Assembly (NCBI GenBank): GCA_033764315.1
Contig: JANRJA010000242.1
Location: 1-64,000, forward strand
Length of the DNA stretch: 64,000 nucleotides
Origin: Oculatellaceae cyanobacterium bins.114
GTDB lineage: Bacteria; Cyanobacteriota; Cyanobacteriia; Elainellales; Elainellaceae
Direction: 5' to 3'
The position numbers and the translations under genes were made by a program. The notes under the pieces are model-generated. The model made no database searches and had not been told where the DNA came from. It was given only the letters and a program-made list of their open reading frames with translations. Below, piece after piece: positions 28,610 through 39,325 of this stretch. Each line of letters starts with the position of its first letter. Within the stretch, counting starts at the first letter, position 1.

Positions 28610-28663
28610 CCCTCAACTTAAGGAGCATACTACAATAGTAAGGGCTACGGTGGGATTAAGCTG

Positions 28664-28948
28664 ATGCACGTGCCTGAAACAAACTCAGAGATAACTAAGC
28701 ATTCAACATCTGCCCTCAATCTCTATGAAGCAGACTTCTACGCTTGGACTCAAGAACAAGCCGTATTTCTCCGCAATCAACAGTGGAGTCAGCTTGACTT
28801 GCCGAATGTGATTGAGGAGATTGAATCTTTGGGCAAACAGCAACGCCAAGAACTCCGCGATCGCTTAAGTGTGTTAATTGGACATTTGCTGAAATGGCAC
28901 TACCAAGCAAGTTTTATGAAGCAAATGTCACTTGTGCTAAATCGCTAG
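28664..28948 (+). pseudogene. Truncated DUF29-family gene (N-terminal part only)
   Basis: LYEADFYAWTQEQ..DLPNVIEEIESLGK..HLLKWHYQ, after which the family pattern stops where the ORF runs into the convergent ABC gene. Confidence 0.75.
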
Positions 28949-29630
28949 GATGCATGTGAGCATTGACCACTTCGCCATCACGAAACCAAACCACACGATT
29001 AGTCAGACGAGCCACTTCCGGTTCATGTGTCACCATGACAACCGTGATACCGCTCTTGTTGAGTTCTGCAAAAATGTCCATCACCTCTTGGGTGGTGTGA
29101 GAGTCGAGTGCTCCGGTTGGTTCGTCGGCTAACAGCAACACCGGACGATTGACAATGGCACGGGCGATCGCCACCCGTTGTTGCTGTCCCCCTGAGAGTT
29201 GATTAGGTTTATTGTTTAACCGATTGGCTAAGCCTACACGAGTCAAAGCTTCCGCTGCTCGTTCTTGTCGTTCTCGTTGGGGCACACCCGCATAGACCAT
29301 CGGCAACATGACGTTTTCAAGCGCACTCAATTGCGCTAACAGATGAAACTGCTGAAACACAAAACCAATCTTGCGGTTGCGAACGTGAGCCAATTCTTCA
29401 TCGCGCATTTGAGCCACATCTAAACCGTCTAGGTAATAACTGCCAGAGGTGGGGCGATCGAGGCAGCCAATCACATTCATTGCGGTTGATTTACCCGATC
29501 CTGACGGCCCCATAATGGCGCAATACTCCCCCGCATCAACCGTCAAACTGACATCTGACAAGGCTCGTACTTCGGTGTTGCCGGAACCGTAGATTTTAGA
29601 GATGTGTTCGAGGCGAATGATGGTTTTCAT
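28914..29630 (-). CDS. ABC transporter ATP-binding protein (MacB/LolD-like)
   Basis: [43 protein letters not shown]. Confidence 0.95.
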   Translation of the reverse strand: MKTIIRLEHISKIYGSGNTEVRALSDVSLTVDAGEYCAIMGPSGSGKSTAMNVIGCLDRPTSGSYYLDGLDVAQMRDEELAHVRNRKIGFVFQQFHLLAQLSALENVMLPMVYAGVPQRERQERAAEALTRVGLANRLNNKPNQLSGGQQQRVAIARAIVNRPVLLLADEPTGALDSHTTQEVMDIFAELNKSGITVVMVTHEPEVARLTNRVVWFRDGEVVNAHMHPSDLAQVTFAS

Positions 29631-29762
29631 AGGAAGGAATGAAGGATAAAGGATTGAGAATAAAACTGGAGAAACAAAGAGAGAAATAAAAAGATGAAGG
29701 ATATAGATTTATTGGTATGTTTTTTTATCGTTTATCCTTCATCGTTTATCCTTTCCCCAACA

Positions 29763-30980
29763 CTATGCACTTCTCAATGCCACGATGGGATCGAGTTTAG
29801 CCGCTTGACGCGCGGGCACCACACCAAAGAACAACCCGATCGCCCCAGAGACACCCACCGCTAAAATCACGGCTGAAGTCGAAACACCTGTTTTTAGAGG
29901 AGTCACACTACTCACCAACAACACTCCACCAGACCCGATCGCCGTTCCTACAATCCCTCCGATCGCCGCCAAAATAATCGCTTCAATCATAAACTGCACC
30001 AAAATGTCCTGTTGAGAGGCACCGATCGCCTTACGCAAACCAATCTCATGCGTCCGCTCTCGCACCGACACCAGCATGATGTTCATAATGCCGATGCCAC
30101 CCACGAAGAGAGAGATTCCAGCGATCGCCGCCAACATTAACGTCAACGCCCCGGTCACATTACCGACGATTTCTAACGCATCTTTTTGAGTTCGCACGGT
30201 AAAATCATCTTCGTTCACAACCTTGTGGCGCAACCGCAATAGATTAGTAATTTGAAACTGAGCGGCACCTACCGACGCCTCATCTTTAGCGGTCGCTGAA
30301 ATAAACGTTACTTCAGTGCCAAAGGGAGAAGAGTTTCCCGTCAACCGACTTGACATCGTCGTCAGCGGAATGAACACTACATCATCCTGGTTGTTCCCCA
30401 AAAATGCGCCTTTTGCCTCCATCACCCCAATCACCTCAAAACTGAGGTTTCTAATGCGAATTTGTTGTCCGATTGGGTCTGAGTTGCCAAATAAACTGTT
30501 TGCAATATCCGCCCCAATTGCCGCGACTCGGTTATTGCGTTCTAAATCCAACTCTGTGAAAAAGCGACCTTGTCCAACTTCAAAACTGCGAACTGTCGTG
30601 AAATTAGGAGTCGTGCCTGTGACCAGGGTACTCGCCGTTTGACTGCGATATGTGACTGGATATTGGCTTTGCAACTGGGGAGACACCGCTTCGACCGAGG
30701 GGACTTGAGAAGCGATCGCCTGTGAGTCTTCTAAGGTCAGGTTGCGAGGCACATTTAACGTCCGTTGTCGTGACTCGTCACTACCCGGAATGATAAACAA
30801 CACGTTTGGCCCCAGCGACTCAAACTGCTCAGAGGCATATTGCTTTGCTCCTTCACCCACACCCACCATCGTGATCACCGACGCATTGCCAATGATAATA
30901 CCCAACATGGTCAACGTGCTTCTCAATTTATTGGCAGTGAGTGTTTTAACTGCCATTCCAACGCTTTCAAGGAGATCCAT
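29763..30980 (-). CDS. ABC transporter permease (MacB/FtsX-like)
   Basis: NKLRSTLTMLGIIIG, GGIGIMNIMLVSVRERTHEIGLRKAIGA, AAKLDPIVALR; the upstream extension to 31052 is low-complexity spacer. Confidence 0.93.
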   Translation of the reverse strand: MDLLESVGMAVKTLTANKLRSTLTMLGIIIGNASVITMVGVGEGAKQYASEQFESLGPNVLFIIPGSDESRQRTLNVPRNLTLEDSQAIASQVPSVEAVSPQLQSQYPVTYRSQTASTLVTGTTPNFTTVRSFEVGQGRFFTELDLERNNRVAAIGADIANSLFGNSDPIGQQIRIRNLSFEVIGVMEAKGAFLGNNQDDVVFIPLTTMSSRLTGNSSPFGTEVTFISATAKDEASVGAAQFQITNLLRLRHKVVNEDDFTVRTQKDALEIVGNVTGALTLMLAAIAGISLFVGGIGIMNIMLVSVRERTHEIGLRKAIGASQQDILVQFMIEAIILAAIGGIVGTAIGSGGVLLVSSVTPLKTGVSTSAVILAVGVSGAIGLFFGVVPARQAAKLDPIVALRSA

Positions 30981-31101
30981 AAAGAGAAAAGAAGAAGAGG
31001 AAAAAAAGAAAAAAGAAGCAGGATACAAGAGAAGAAACAAAGAATGAAACATGACTAAAAAGCTGAGCTAATTCGCTCTTCATGATTCACGCTTCATTCT
31101 T

Positions 31102-32436
31102 TTATTCCTCCTGCTGAATCCATTCCTGTTTTTGGTCAGGGGGAAGATCAATGAAGACTCGCTCACCGGGTTGCAATCCCTCTAAAACTTGGGTTTGATC
31201 GCCAACGGCTGTACCCAGTTGCACAGGGCGAAATTCGGCCCGGTTATTTGCACCCGGCACCAGCACACCCGTTTCCCCTTCTTTAGTGACGATCGCCACA
31301 GTGGGAACCGTAATAGCATTATTCAGGCGATCGCCTAAAAAGGTCAGATCCACATTCATGCCCGATAACAACTTGTCTTGTCCAGTGGTTAGATCGATCC
31401 GCACTTGGAAGGAGGTGACGTTTTGCTCAACAACGGCCTCAGGTGCCACGAGGCGGACTCGACCTTGAAACACCTGATCGGGGTATGCATCCGCAACGAC
31501 TTCCACGGTTTGACCCGGTCGAATGGCGTTAATGTCTACTTCAGGGATCTCGGCTAACACCTCTAAACCACTGGCGACTGCCACAATGGCCGTTGAGGTC
31601 GCTGAGCTTGCTTCTGAGGCAGACGTAGTAGGCGTTACAAACGCCCCTTCAGTCGCATATTTTTGGGTGATTACCCCATCAAAGGGTGCCCGAATAACGG
31701 TATCTTCCAGTTGCACATTCACCGCCTGGAGTCGTCCTCGCGCCTCGGCCAACTCTGCCTCAGCCGCCGCAATCTCTTCGACCCGACTCCCACTCCGGGT
31801 CAATGCCAACTGTTGCTCTGCTTCACGCACCCCCGCTCGATTTTGTTCTAGGGTTGCTTGTGCCGTAGCCGCATCTCGCAAAATCGCATCAAACTCATCT
31901 TGAGAAATAGCTCCTTCCTGCAACAACATGCGGTTACGCTCAACTCGATCACTTTCCCGATCAAGCCGCGCCTGAGCCTCAACTACCCGTGCCTGAGACT
32001 GCTCAACCGCCGCTTGTTTTTGGGCAATTTCTTGAGGACGGCTGCCCGCTCGCAACTCTGCCAAACGGGCTTGAGATTGTGCCACCCTCGCTTGCGCCTG
32101 CAACATCTCTGCTTGAGTACTGTCACTCTCCATGCGAGCAATAATTTGCCCTTGACGGACGCGATCGCCCTGTTCAACATATAGCTCAGCTAAAATTCCT
32201 GTCGATTTAGGACTGAGGTTCACTGTTTGAAAAGGCTGCACCGTTCCACTGGCGGTAATGCGAACCGTCAAAGGCTGAGACTGAACCGTTTCTGTCAAGG
32301 CAGTGATATCGGGCACAGCCGAGCGTTGACGCACGATGCCAACGGTGGTTGCACCTGCACCAATAATGCCAACGGCGAGCAATGCCAATACCCAAGGAGC
32401 AGGTTGACGAACTTTGCCAATAAACGGGACTTGCAT
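31102..32436 (-). CDS. Efflux periplasmic adaptor (MacA/HlyD family)
   Basis: N-terminal anchor, V.QGDRV..GQ.IA, coiled coil, IRAPFDGVI, VLEGLQPGERV. Confidence 0.92.
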   Translation of the reverse strand: MQVPFIGKVRQPAPWVLALLAVGIIGAGATTVGIVRQRSAVPDITALTETVQSQPLTVRITASGTVQPFQTVNLSPKSTGILAELYVEQGDRVRQGQIIARMESDSTQAEMLQAQARVAQSQARLAELRAGSRPQEIAQKQAAVEQSQARVVEAQARLDRESDRVERNRMLLQEGAISQDEFDAILRDAATAQATLEQNRAGVREAEQQLALTRSGSRVEEIAAAEAELAEARGRLQAVNVQLEDTVIRAPFDGVITQKYATEGAFVTPTTSASEASSATSTAIVAVASGLEVLAEIPEVDINAIRPGQTVEVVADAYPDQVFQGRVRLVAPEAVVEQNVTSFQVRIDLTTGQDKLLSGMNVDLTFLGDRLNNAITVPTVAIVTKEGETGVLVPGANNRAEFRPVQLGTAVGDQTQVLEGLQPGERVFIDLPPDQKQEWIQQEE

Positions 32437-32521
32437 AACCACTGTCCTCTAGGGAACTAAAAGTAAAAGAGTGAATAAAGAGCGAACCGTTACCAATCGA
32501 ACGTGAAGGGGCAACCAAACA

Positions 32522-33037
32522 TCAGGAATTACGGCGGTGGATGCGATTGACAGTCAATGCTCTTTGTTTTTCGTCTTGTTCTTGCTGCCATCGTTGATAG
32601 AGCAAAGGCAATTCCCGTTCCCAAAACGCATGAATGTCATGCATCTCTTGTAAGCGTTGTTGTTGTGAGGGAGGTGCACCTTCGAGCAGTTTTAGTCCTT
32701 GTTCAGCTAATTTGCGAAAGGCAGTCACTCGCACCACTTGCTGCTGAGTAATCTGAGACCAGGCATTGGGCTTGATTTGAAAATAATCGCGGCGATCGCC
32801 CGGAAAGATGACTCGCTCAATCAAACTAAGTTGAATCAGTAAACGGGTCATCATGCTGATGGAGCCTTTACTGGCTTGCAGCACTTCAGCCAACTCATTA
32901 TGAGACTGATGAGACGGCTGCGAGATCAACAACCACCCAAAAATGCGACCTGCCATGCGGGGCAACCCGACTTGCTCAAACATCAAGCCGACTTCCTCTA
33001 CAAAGTGTTGCTGTTCAAAAAGATGCTCTGAAATCAA
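32522..33037 (-). CDS. MarR/GbsR-type transcriptional regulator
   Basis: FVEEVGLMFEQVGLPRMAGRIFGWLL, ELAEVLQASKGSIS, PGDRRDYF. Confidence 0.88.
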   Translation of the reverse strand: MISEHLFEQQHFVEEVGLMFEQVGLPRMAGRIFGWLLISQPSHQSHNELAEVLQASKGSISMMTRLLIQLSLIERVIFPGDRRDYFQIKPNAWSQITQQQVVRVTAFRKLAEQGLKLLEGAPPSQQQRLQEMHDIHAFWERELPLLYQRWQQEQDEKQRALTVNRIHRRNS

Positions 33038-33100
33038 GGGTTTGTAAAATGAATGAGATTACTTAACATAGCGTTACCTTAATACTAGCAAATTTTAAAC

Positions 33101-33127
33101 GTTCAGTCAGTACTGAACATACTGAAC
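33101..33127. promoter_or_regulatory. Likely autoregulatory operator GTTCAGT-cagt-ACTGAAC plus an extra ACTGAAC half-site
   Basis: Perfect 7-bp inverted repeat about 65 bp upstream of the regulator/exporter operon. Confidence 0.6.
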
Positions 33128-33389
33128 CAACTCCATCAATAGGCTTATCTTAATGCGATCGCCCCTGATGAGGCATGGGACAGAAGTCACGAATATGGGG
33201 GCATTGTTCTAGGACAATGGTCACTTCTACAACGGTTTTTAGGCGAGTGCTGAGCCATGATTCCTTTGCCCTCTTTGCAACCCCCTCTCTTCAAGACATA
33301 GTCCTACTTATAAGACTTAAAACATAGAAAAAACTCCCCCAGATGACCTGTCCGGAAGAGTGATTTTTGGTCGTCTTAATCATGTGTTG

Positions 33390-33458
33390 TATAGCAATCC
33401 CAAACGGGGTGCGCCTCTTACAACTCCCTAATCTCACAACTGATTTGGGACAGCTATA
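33390..33458. mobile_element. TATAGCAATCCCAAA-type MITE-like element
   Basis: TATAGCAATCCCAAA...TTTGGGACAGCTATA; same family as 40497-40549. Confidence 0.7.
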
Positions 33459-33478
33459 GCTGAGAAGTAAACAGCGGG

Positions 33479-33892
33479 CTATTGCAAAATGACTGGCATC
33501 AGCACCGTGTCGATCGAATGAATCACTCCGTTCTCTGCCAAAATATCCATCTGTAAGACTTTTGCACCATTCACCCGAACCCCATCTTGAGCTTGCTCAA
33601 TGGCAAGAATTCCACCTTCAACGCTCGGTGCCTCGTCAATTTGCAGCAAATCGTCTGAGCGCACATCACCCGACACGACATGATAAAGCAGGATTTGTTT
33701 GAGCTTGTGAGTGTCTTCTAGCAAAGAATCCAGCACACCCGACGGTAACTGATCAAAGGCGTTGTCAGTGGGTGCCAAAACTGTGTAAGGACCAGGACTA
33801 TTCAAAATTTCTTCTAGCTCAGCCACTTTGAGAGCTGTCAGCAGCGTCTTAAATGAGCCTGCACTATTTGCTGTTGCTATCAAATCAGCCAT
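33479..33892 (-). CDS. Fasciclin (FAS1) domain protein
   Basis: GSFKTLLTAL, GPYTVLAPTDNAF, ILLYHVV, NGVIHSIDTVL. Confidence 0.93.
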   Translation of the reverse strand: MADLIATANSAGSFKTLLTALKVAELEEILNSPGPYTVLAPTDNAFDQLPSGVLDSLLEDTHKLKQILLYHVVSGDVRSDDLLQIDEAPSVEGGILAIEQAQDGVRVNGAKVLQMDILAENGVIHSIDTVLMPVILQ

Positions 33893-34231
33893 AACCCTTC
33901 TCCGATTGAAGTTTCTCTCTGTTTAAGGGATAGGCTAAAAGCCCTAACCAATCATCTTACGTAGGGATGAGACCCTCTTCTCTCAACTCTTTTGGGGTGG
34001 GTTAATCTTGCACCCCTGACAACAAATTTCTGCACCTGAAGTGTGGCTAACCTGTCCAGTCCATCTGTGAAAGTTAAGGAAATAATTCGGCAATTCCACA
34101 CTCTGAGCATCTTGCCCGCGAGCGAGCCGATCGCACTTCGTTTTTAGCCTTCAGCTTTTAGCCTTTTGAGGTGTCGCTCTGTGTCAAAATGAGAAACAGT
34201 GGTTAATGTTTTTTAGCGTTTAGGTAGTTCT

Positions 34232-35353
34232 GTGAGTTCTTCTACTTCCGTCAGTCTTGCTAACCCCTCCCTGACCCGGCGTCCAGTCTTTCCATTTACG
34301 GCAATCGTTGGTCAAAAAGAGATGAAACTGGCGTTGATGTTAAATGTGATCGACCCCAAAATTGGTGGAGTCATGATTATGGGCGATCGCGGCACTGGAA
34401 AATCAACCACGATTCGGGCGTTGGCAGACTTGCTTCCTGAGATCGAGATCGTGGCAGATGATCCGTTCAGTAGCCATCCCAGTGATCCTGATTTGATGAG
34501 CGATGAGGTCAAGCAACAACTAGAGCAGGGTCATCCGCTTCCAGTGGCGCGTAAAAAGGTGCAGATGGTTGACCTGCCGTTGGGTGCAACTGAAGATCGA
34601 GTGTGCGGCACGATCGATATTGAAAAAGCGTTGTCAGAAGGGGTCAAGGCATTTGAGCCAGGCTTGCTCGCGAAAGCTAATCGGGGCATTCTCTATGTTG
34701 ATGAAGTCAACCTGTTAGATGACCACTTGGTGGATGTACTGCTGGATTCGGCGGCTTCGGGTTGGAACACGGTTGAACGGGAAGGTATTTCGATTCGTCA
34801 CCCAGCTCGATTTGTCTTAGTTGGCTCTGGCAACCCTGAAGAAGGAGAACTGCGACCTCAACTCCTCGATCGCTTTGGCATGCACGCTGAGATTCGCACT
34901 GTCAAAGAACCCACTTTGCGAGTTCAAATTGTCGAACAACGCACTGAGTTTGACCAAGAACCTAGACCCTTTTTAGAGAAATATCAGGCTCAACAAGATG
35001 CCCTACAAGAAAAGCTAGTGGGTGCTCAAAACCGCCTGTCTGAGGTATCGATCGATTACGATTTGCGCGTCAAGATTTCTCAAGTGTGCGCTGAGTTAGA
35101 TGTGGATGGCTTGCGCGGCGATATTGTAACCAATCGCGCTTCAAAGGCGATCGCGGCCCTTGAGGGACGCACTGAAGTCACTGTTGACGATATTCGTCGG
35201 GTGATTGGTCTGTGTTTGCGGCATCGGCTCCGCAAAGACCCACTAGAATCTATTGACTCTGGTTACAAAGTGGATAAGGTGTTTAGTCAAGTGTTTGGGC
35301 TGGCAGAAACCGAGGAACCGACCCAAAACGGAGCCAGTGTGCGATCGCGCTAA
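34232..35353 (+). CDS. chlI: Magnesium chelatase ATPase subunit I
   Basis: [65 protein letters not shown]. Confidence 0.97.
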   Translation: MSSSTSVSLANPSLTRRPVFPFTAIVGQKEMKLALMLNVIDPKIGGVMIMGDRGTGKSTTIRALADLLPEIEIVADDPFSSHPSDPDLMSDEVKQQLEQGHPLPVARKKVQMVDLPLGATEDRVCGTIDIEKALSEGVKAFEPGLLAKANRGILYVDEVNLLDDHLVDVLLDSAASGWNTVEREGISIRHPARFVLVGSGNPEEGELRPQLLDRFGMHAEIRTVKEPTLRVQIVEQRTEFDQEPRPFLEKYQAQQDALQEKLVGAQNRLSEVSIDYDLRVKISQVCAELDVDGLRGDIVTNRASKAIAALEGRTEVTVDDIRRVIGLCLRHRLRKDPLESIDSGYKVDKVFSQVFGLAETEEPTQNGASVRSR

Positions 35354-35381
35354 ACCAGCTAAACCCGTTTCAGGGTAATAG

Positions 35382-35879
35382 TTAAGCTACGTTGGCTCGT
35401 GCTCCACACTGAGCAGCATAGGCGATCGCTAACCCATCGGCACTGTCATCTGGCGTCGGGGGTTTGGGCAACCCAAAAATTTGCATGACGGCTTGCTTGA
35501 TCTCATACTTATTGGCCCCATATTGAGCAACGGCAGCTTTGACTTGAGATTGGTGCAGATAGATCAAATCGATGAGTCCGCAATCGCCTAATGCCAGCTC
35601 AATCACACCCAGTGCCCGCATTACTTTAGTTGCATTTGTGTTTTCGCGTCCAAAAAATGGCATTTCTAAAGCTGCAATATCAGGCTTGACCATCTGACAC
35701 AGCTCTTGAATATCAGCTCGAATCTGGCTAAGACGCTCATACATGGGGGCATTGGCTGGAGTGGTAATGACACCATACTCCAACGCCACATCACCCTGGA
35801 TCACCCCAAACCCAATACTGGCGATCGCGGGATCGATGCCCAGAATGATGCAATTGTTCAAGTCGAGGGGGGCATGCAT
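35382..35879 (-). CDS. ruvC: Holliday junction resolvase RuvC
   Basis: ILGIDP....GFGVI, ALEMPFF, VK.AV...GA.K, PDDSADGLAIA. Confidence 0.9.
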   Translation of the reverse strand: MHAPLDLNNCIILGIDPAIASIGFGVIQGDVALEYGVITTPANAPMYERLSQIRADIQELCQMVKPDIAALEMPFFGRENTNATKVMRALGVIELALGDCGLIDLIYLHQSQVKAAVAQYGANKYEIKQAVMQIFGLPKPPTPDDSADGLAIAYAAQCGARANVA

Positions 35880-36137
35880 ACAGCCAGAGCCGAATCAGTT
35901 CTGTAGAGCAATCGTACTACTGATTGGTGCGATCGTCCAAGGGATTCAGTAATCTCAACAATTGGTCAACTGGCTCCTTAAAAGGTGCATCTAGTGATTG
36001 GGGGACTGAACTCTACTCTGAGTCTGCTTGAGCAGACTTTATACTATTAGCCCGTAACTTTAGTCGCGGGCGAAATGGAGCCAAGGCAAAGCCTGTCTTG
36101 ACCCAAAAATCTGGGACATACCCTATGGGGCGATCGC

Positions 36138-36707
36138 TCACATTGACAGCTTCACCAGTTCCTGTTCCAACATTTGTAACAAACCGATCGCCACTTGAAT
36201 CAGCGGCCACCCCAATAAACAAATGAAAATGGCCCGTCGGGTTGTAATATCCAATCCCTGACGCACCGCCACAATCACCGCTAACAAGCTCCAAACGGCG
36301 AGTATCAACTCGATTGGTCGCCCCAACAAAGGAATCAACGTCAAAAAGTTGAGGACTTGAGGGGCATAGGCAAACCCAATGGGACTCAGCAAATCTCCAT
36401 AGGTCGGATCGATCGGCTTCATCCACTGTCCAACCTTCCAAATGGTAAAAGTCCAGAAGTAATATCCCGCTACTACTCCCACCCCATCTAAGCCAAGAGC
36501 CAGCCCGAAAATCGGAATGGGGGCACGGTTGATCAATAAAATTACTGCACTTCCTAAGACATGCGAAAGAGCCGCCAGAGTCACAATAGTGAGTGCTAAC
36601 CGACGAATTCGATGGGTATTACGAGCACTTTCATAAAAATCTGCATTCAAAACCAGAGCGTTTTTTAGAGTCTTTAAAACTCCTCCTGTTGGTTGCTCAA
36701 TAACCAT
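36138..36707 (-). CDS. Yip1-like multi-pass membrane protein
   Basis: Five hydrophobic segments; IGFAYAPQVLNFL..IPLLG, WSLLAVIVAVRQGLD. Confidence 0.7.
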   Translation of the reverse strand: MVIEQPTGGVLKTLKNALVLNADFYESARNTHRIRRLALTIVTLAALSHVLGSAVILLINRAPIPIFGLALGLDGVGVVAGYYFWTFTIWKVGQWMKPIDPTYGDLLSPIGFAYAPQVLNFLTLIPLLGRPIELILAVWSLLAVIVAVRQGLDITTRRAIFICLLGWPLIQVAIGLLQMLEQELVKLSM

Positions 36708-36868
36708 GTTTTTTAAATCTCAAGATAGATGACCTGACTTCTTTAAATCTGATTCGATGCAACACGGTGCCTCCTAAAAACAAACCCTAAAAACAATCAG
36801 AACACTATTAATAACACTATGTTTCAAACTCAATTCTGGTTTTACCGTTTGAATGACGGCTATCACTC

Positions 36869-37897
36869 ATGCGATTAATCCTAAACATGATTTGGCGTGC
36901 TCTGCTATGGGTCAGAGGCGAAACACTCAAATTATTGCTCCTTGCGGGAATATTATTGCTAATTTGGGGCATCTTTTCACCCGTCGGAACGTTGGTTTGG
37001 TGGTTGAGTCACGAAGCAGAACGGTCTGGTGTGACATCTTCCCCTGCGGTGCGATCGCCTCCCTCCATCAATCCAGCATCGGCTCCAACCTCAGCCGTCA
37101 GTTGTTACATTGTTTTTTTACCGGGAGTCGGCGATTTTTCAGCCAACCAACTCACACCCGGTGAAGAGTTTTTTCTCGATCGCCTCGTACAACTCCACCC
37201 TGATTGTGTTAGTGTCTCTGACGTCTTCCCCTATTCCGTAGCAAATCAAAGTTTAGGAGCACGACAGCGAGTATTAGCCCCTTTTTGGGATGCCATTGAC
37301 TCCGCAGAAGGTTGGCTAGATAGCTTTGGGGTATTGATCAAAATTCGCAATCTGTGGCGATTTGCAATTTCGGCTGATGATCGCTATGGAGTTGTTTACA
37401 ACCAGGGGATTGCCACAGCCATTCTCGATCGCATGAATGCGGCTCAACCGATTCCAACTGACCATCCTCAACCCCTGAAGGTGATTCTGTTAGGAACCAG
37501 TGGCGGGGCTCAGGTATCGCTCGGAGCCGCGCATTATCTCAAGCAGTGGCTCAATTCTCGTTTAATTGTGGTCTCAGTAGGAGGGGTGTTTGACGGAACG
37601 GCGGGTTTTGATCAGGTTGAGCACGTTTATCATCTCCAGGGCAAGCGAGATTGGGTCGAAGATATCGGTCGCATTGTCTTTGCCTCGCGTTGGTATTGGG
37701 TCGCAGGCTCTCCGTTTAACCGTGCTCGTCTACAAAACCGCTATTCTGTCTTGGTCAGTGGGCCTCATACCCACGATGGAGAGGAAGGATATTTTGGTCA
37801 GGCATGGGTCAACGAGAGTCAAACTACCTATGTGCAGTTAACGGTGCAACAGGTGGATCAACTACCAATTTGGTCTACTGCCTCTACCTCCCCCTAA
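36869..37897 (+). CDS. Membrane-anchored protein with a possible alpha/beta-hydrolase-like domain
   Basis: N-terminal transmembrane segment; IVFLPGVG, LLGTSGGAQ (GxSxG), D and H motifs downstream. Confidence 0.55.
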   Translation: MRLILNMIWRALLWVRGETLKLLLLAGILLLIWGIFSPVGTLVWWLSHEAERSGVTSSPAVRSPPSINPASAPTSAVSCYIVFLPGVGDFSANQLTPGEEFFLDRLVQLHPDCVSVSDVFPYSVANQSLGARQRVLAPFWDAIDSAEGWLDSFGVLIKIRNLWRFAISADDRYGVVYNQGIATAILDRMNAAQPIPTDHPQPLKVILLGTSGGAQVSLGAAHYLKQWLNSRLIVVSVGGVFDGTAGFDQVEHVYHLQGKRDWVEDIGRIVFASRWYWVAGSPFNRARLQNRYSVLVSGPHTHDGEEGYFGQAWVNESQTTYVQLTVQQVDQLPIWSTASTSP

Positions 37898-38004
37898 GCC
37901 CCATCGGTATCAAATTTTGGAACAAGGGCGATCGCCCCCTTTGATCCCGTTAGTATCGTTTTACAAGCCCCTAAACCCGATCATCAGAGGACAAATTTTA
38001 AAGG

Positions 38005-38439
38005 ATGACTATGATTAAGCGTGGATTAGTGTTGGCGATCGCCCTGTTATCGTGTGCTTCTAGTGCGGCTGCTCAAGTTTTGACCCCACCCACAGGTACA
38101 ACTGGTTTGACTCCCATTGAAGGCAGCGTGACTAACGTTGAGCCAGTTCGGGTTCCGTTAGGTGATGCGGTAACAGGGTCTGAGACTCGCGTTACACTTC
38201 AATTTCAATTGCAAGGATGTCTCGACTCACTCATGCCTCTCATTACTCACTATGAAGTGCGTGGAAGACGAGTAAATGTGTATGTCACCGCGTTAAATGC
38301 CCATAATGAACAGTCAATGGTTGCTCGTTGCGTCGCCATGCCCCAAGTATCAGAACAAGTCCGCATTCCAGGTCTCTTTCAACGTAATCAAATTCGGGTT
38401 GTATTTATGGGACAACTGCCTGAAACAAGACCTGAATAA
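38005..38439 (+). CDS. Secreted hypothetical protein
   Basis: Signal peptide ending AAA-Q; two Cys in the mature part. Confidence 0.7.
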   Translation: MTMIKRGLVLAIALLSCASSAAAQVLTPPTGTTGLTPIEGSVTNVEPVRVPLGDAVTGSETRVTLQFQLQGCLDSLMPLITHYEVRGRRVNVYVTALNAHNEQSMVARCVAMPQVSEQVRIPGLFQRNQIRVVFMGQLPETRPE

Positions 38440-38897
38440 TCCGTCGTTCGATCAGGTGAAGGATCAGATGAAGGATCAGATGAAGGCGCAGCAATCCTCC
38501 AATGTTTACATCAAACCCTTAACCTGATTCCTCAAGTCTTTGTCTAATCTTCCGCTGGGATGAAGTCAAACCTGCAATTAATCTACGTCCGTAGGTACAA
38601 TATTTCTCTCTCCGTAGATAGTCCTGAGTTTATTGTTCCACTTGATAATCTGTAAGAGTAAATAACTGCACTGAAAGAACTTACACCGCTGTAAGTCTTG
38701 CCTGTGATTTGAATAGCGACCTTCAATCGCAGCAGTGTGTATGAAACGCCGATCCGAATGGTGTAGAGATACTGTCGCCGCTCTACTTTATTACATCAAA
38801 TATGAGGTCATTCCTCAATCAAAGCGGTTTGAAATGTAAACGTTTGGGGTCATAAAAAGCAACGAATTTTGATTTAACAACGAAGGAGAAAGGAACA

Positions 38898-39173
38898 ATG
38901 AATATCTTGGCATGGATTGTATTGGGTCTTATTGCAGGTGCGATCGCCAAAGCTATTTATCCCGGTCAACAAGGCGGTAGCATCCTCGGCACATTGATTC
39001 TAGGTATCATCGGTGCATTCGTTGGCGGTAGCTTGTACGCACTGCTCACCACTGGAAGCATCACATTAGCATCAGCAGGTTTGAGCTTGGGCGGCATCTT
39101 GGTTTCAGTGATCGGCGCAATCATTGCATTGTGGGTTTACTACGCCTTCATGTCTCGTCGTCGGGTTTACTAA
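38898..39173 (+). CDS. GlsB/YeaQ/YmgE-family stress membrane protein
   Basis: MNILAWIVLGLIAGAIAKAIYPG...ILGIIGAFVGG; good RBS. Confidence 0.92.
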   Translation: MNILAWIVLGLIAGAIAKAIYPGQQGGSILGTLILGIIGAFVGGSLYALLTTGSITLASAGLSLGGILVSVIGAIIALWVYYAFMSRRRVY

Positions 39174-39282
39174 ATTAGGTCTTGATTAGCTCAACAGTTA
39201 ATCAAAACAGACATTAAATGCTTGAGTGCTTTAGCATTCTCATAAATTTCAATAAACTATCGCCAAAGCACATATAGCTCTT

Positions 39283-39316
39283 AAAGAAACCTCCATTACT
39301 ACATGGAGGTTTCTTT
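39283..39316. terminator. Probable bidirectional intrinsic terminator
   Basis: AAAGAAACCTCCA-ttactaca-TGGAGGTTTCTTT perfect stem between convergent genes. Confidence 0.65.
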
Positions 39317-39325
39317 GCTGACGGC

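Noticed and set aside
30981-31052. Phe/Ser-rich N-terminal extension of the ABC permease
   Set aside because: It is a translation of a low-complexity purine/pyrimidine spacer; the family pattern starts at MDLLES (30980).
38451-38487. 12-bp tandem repeat (ATCAGATGAAGG, three copies) and the ORF at 38297-38527
   Set aside because: A short intergenic slippage repeat; the ORF overlaps a better gene and has no other support.
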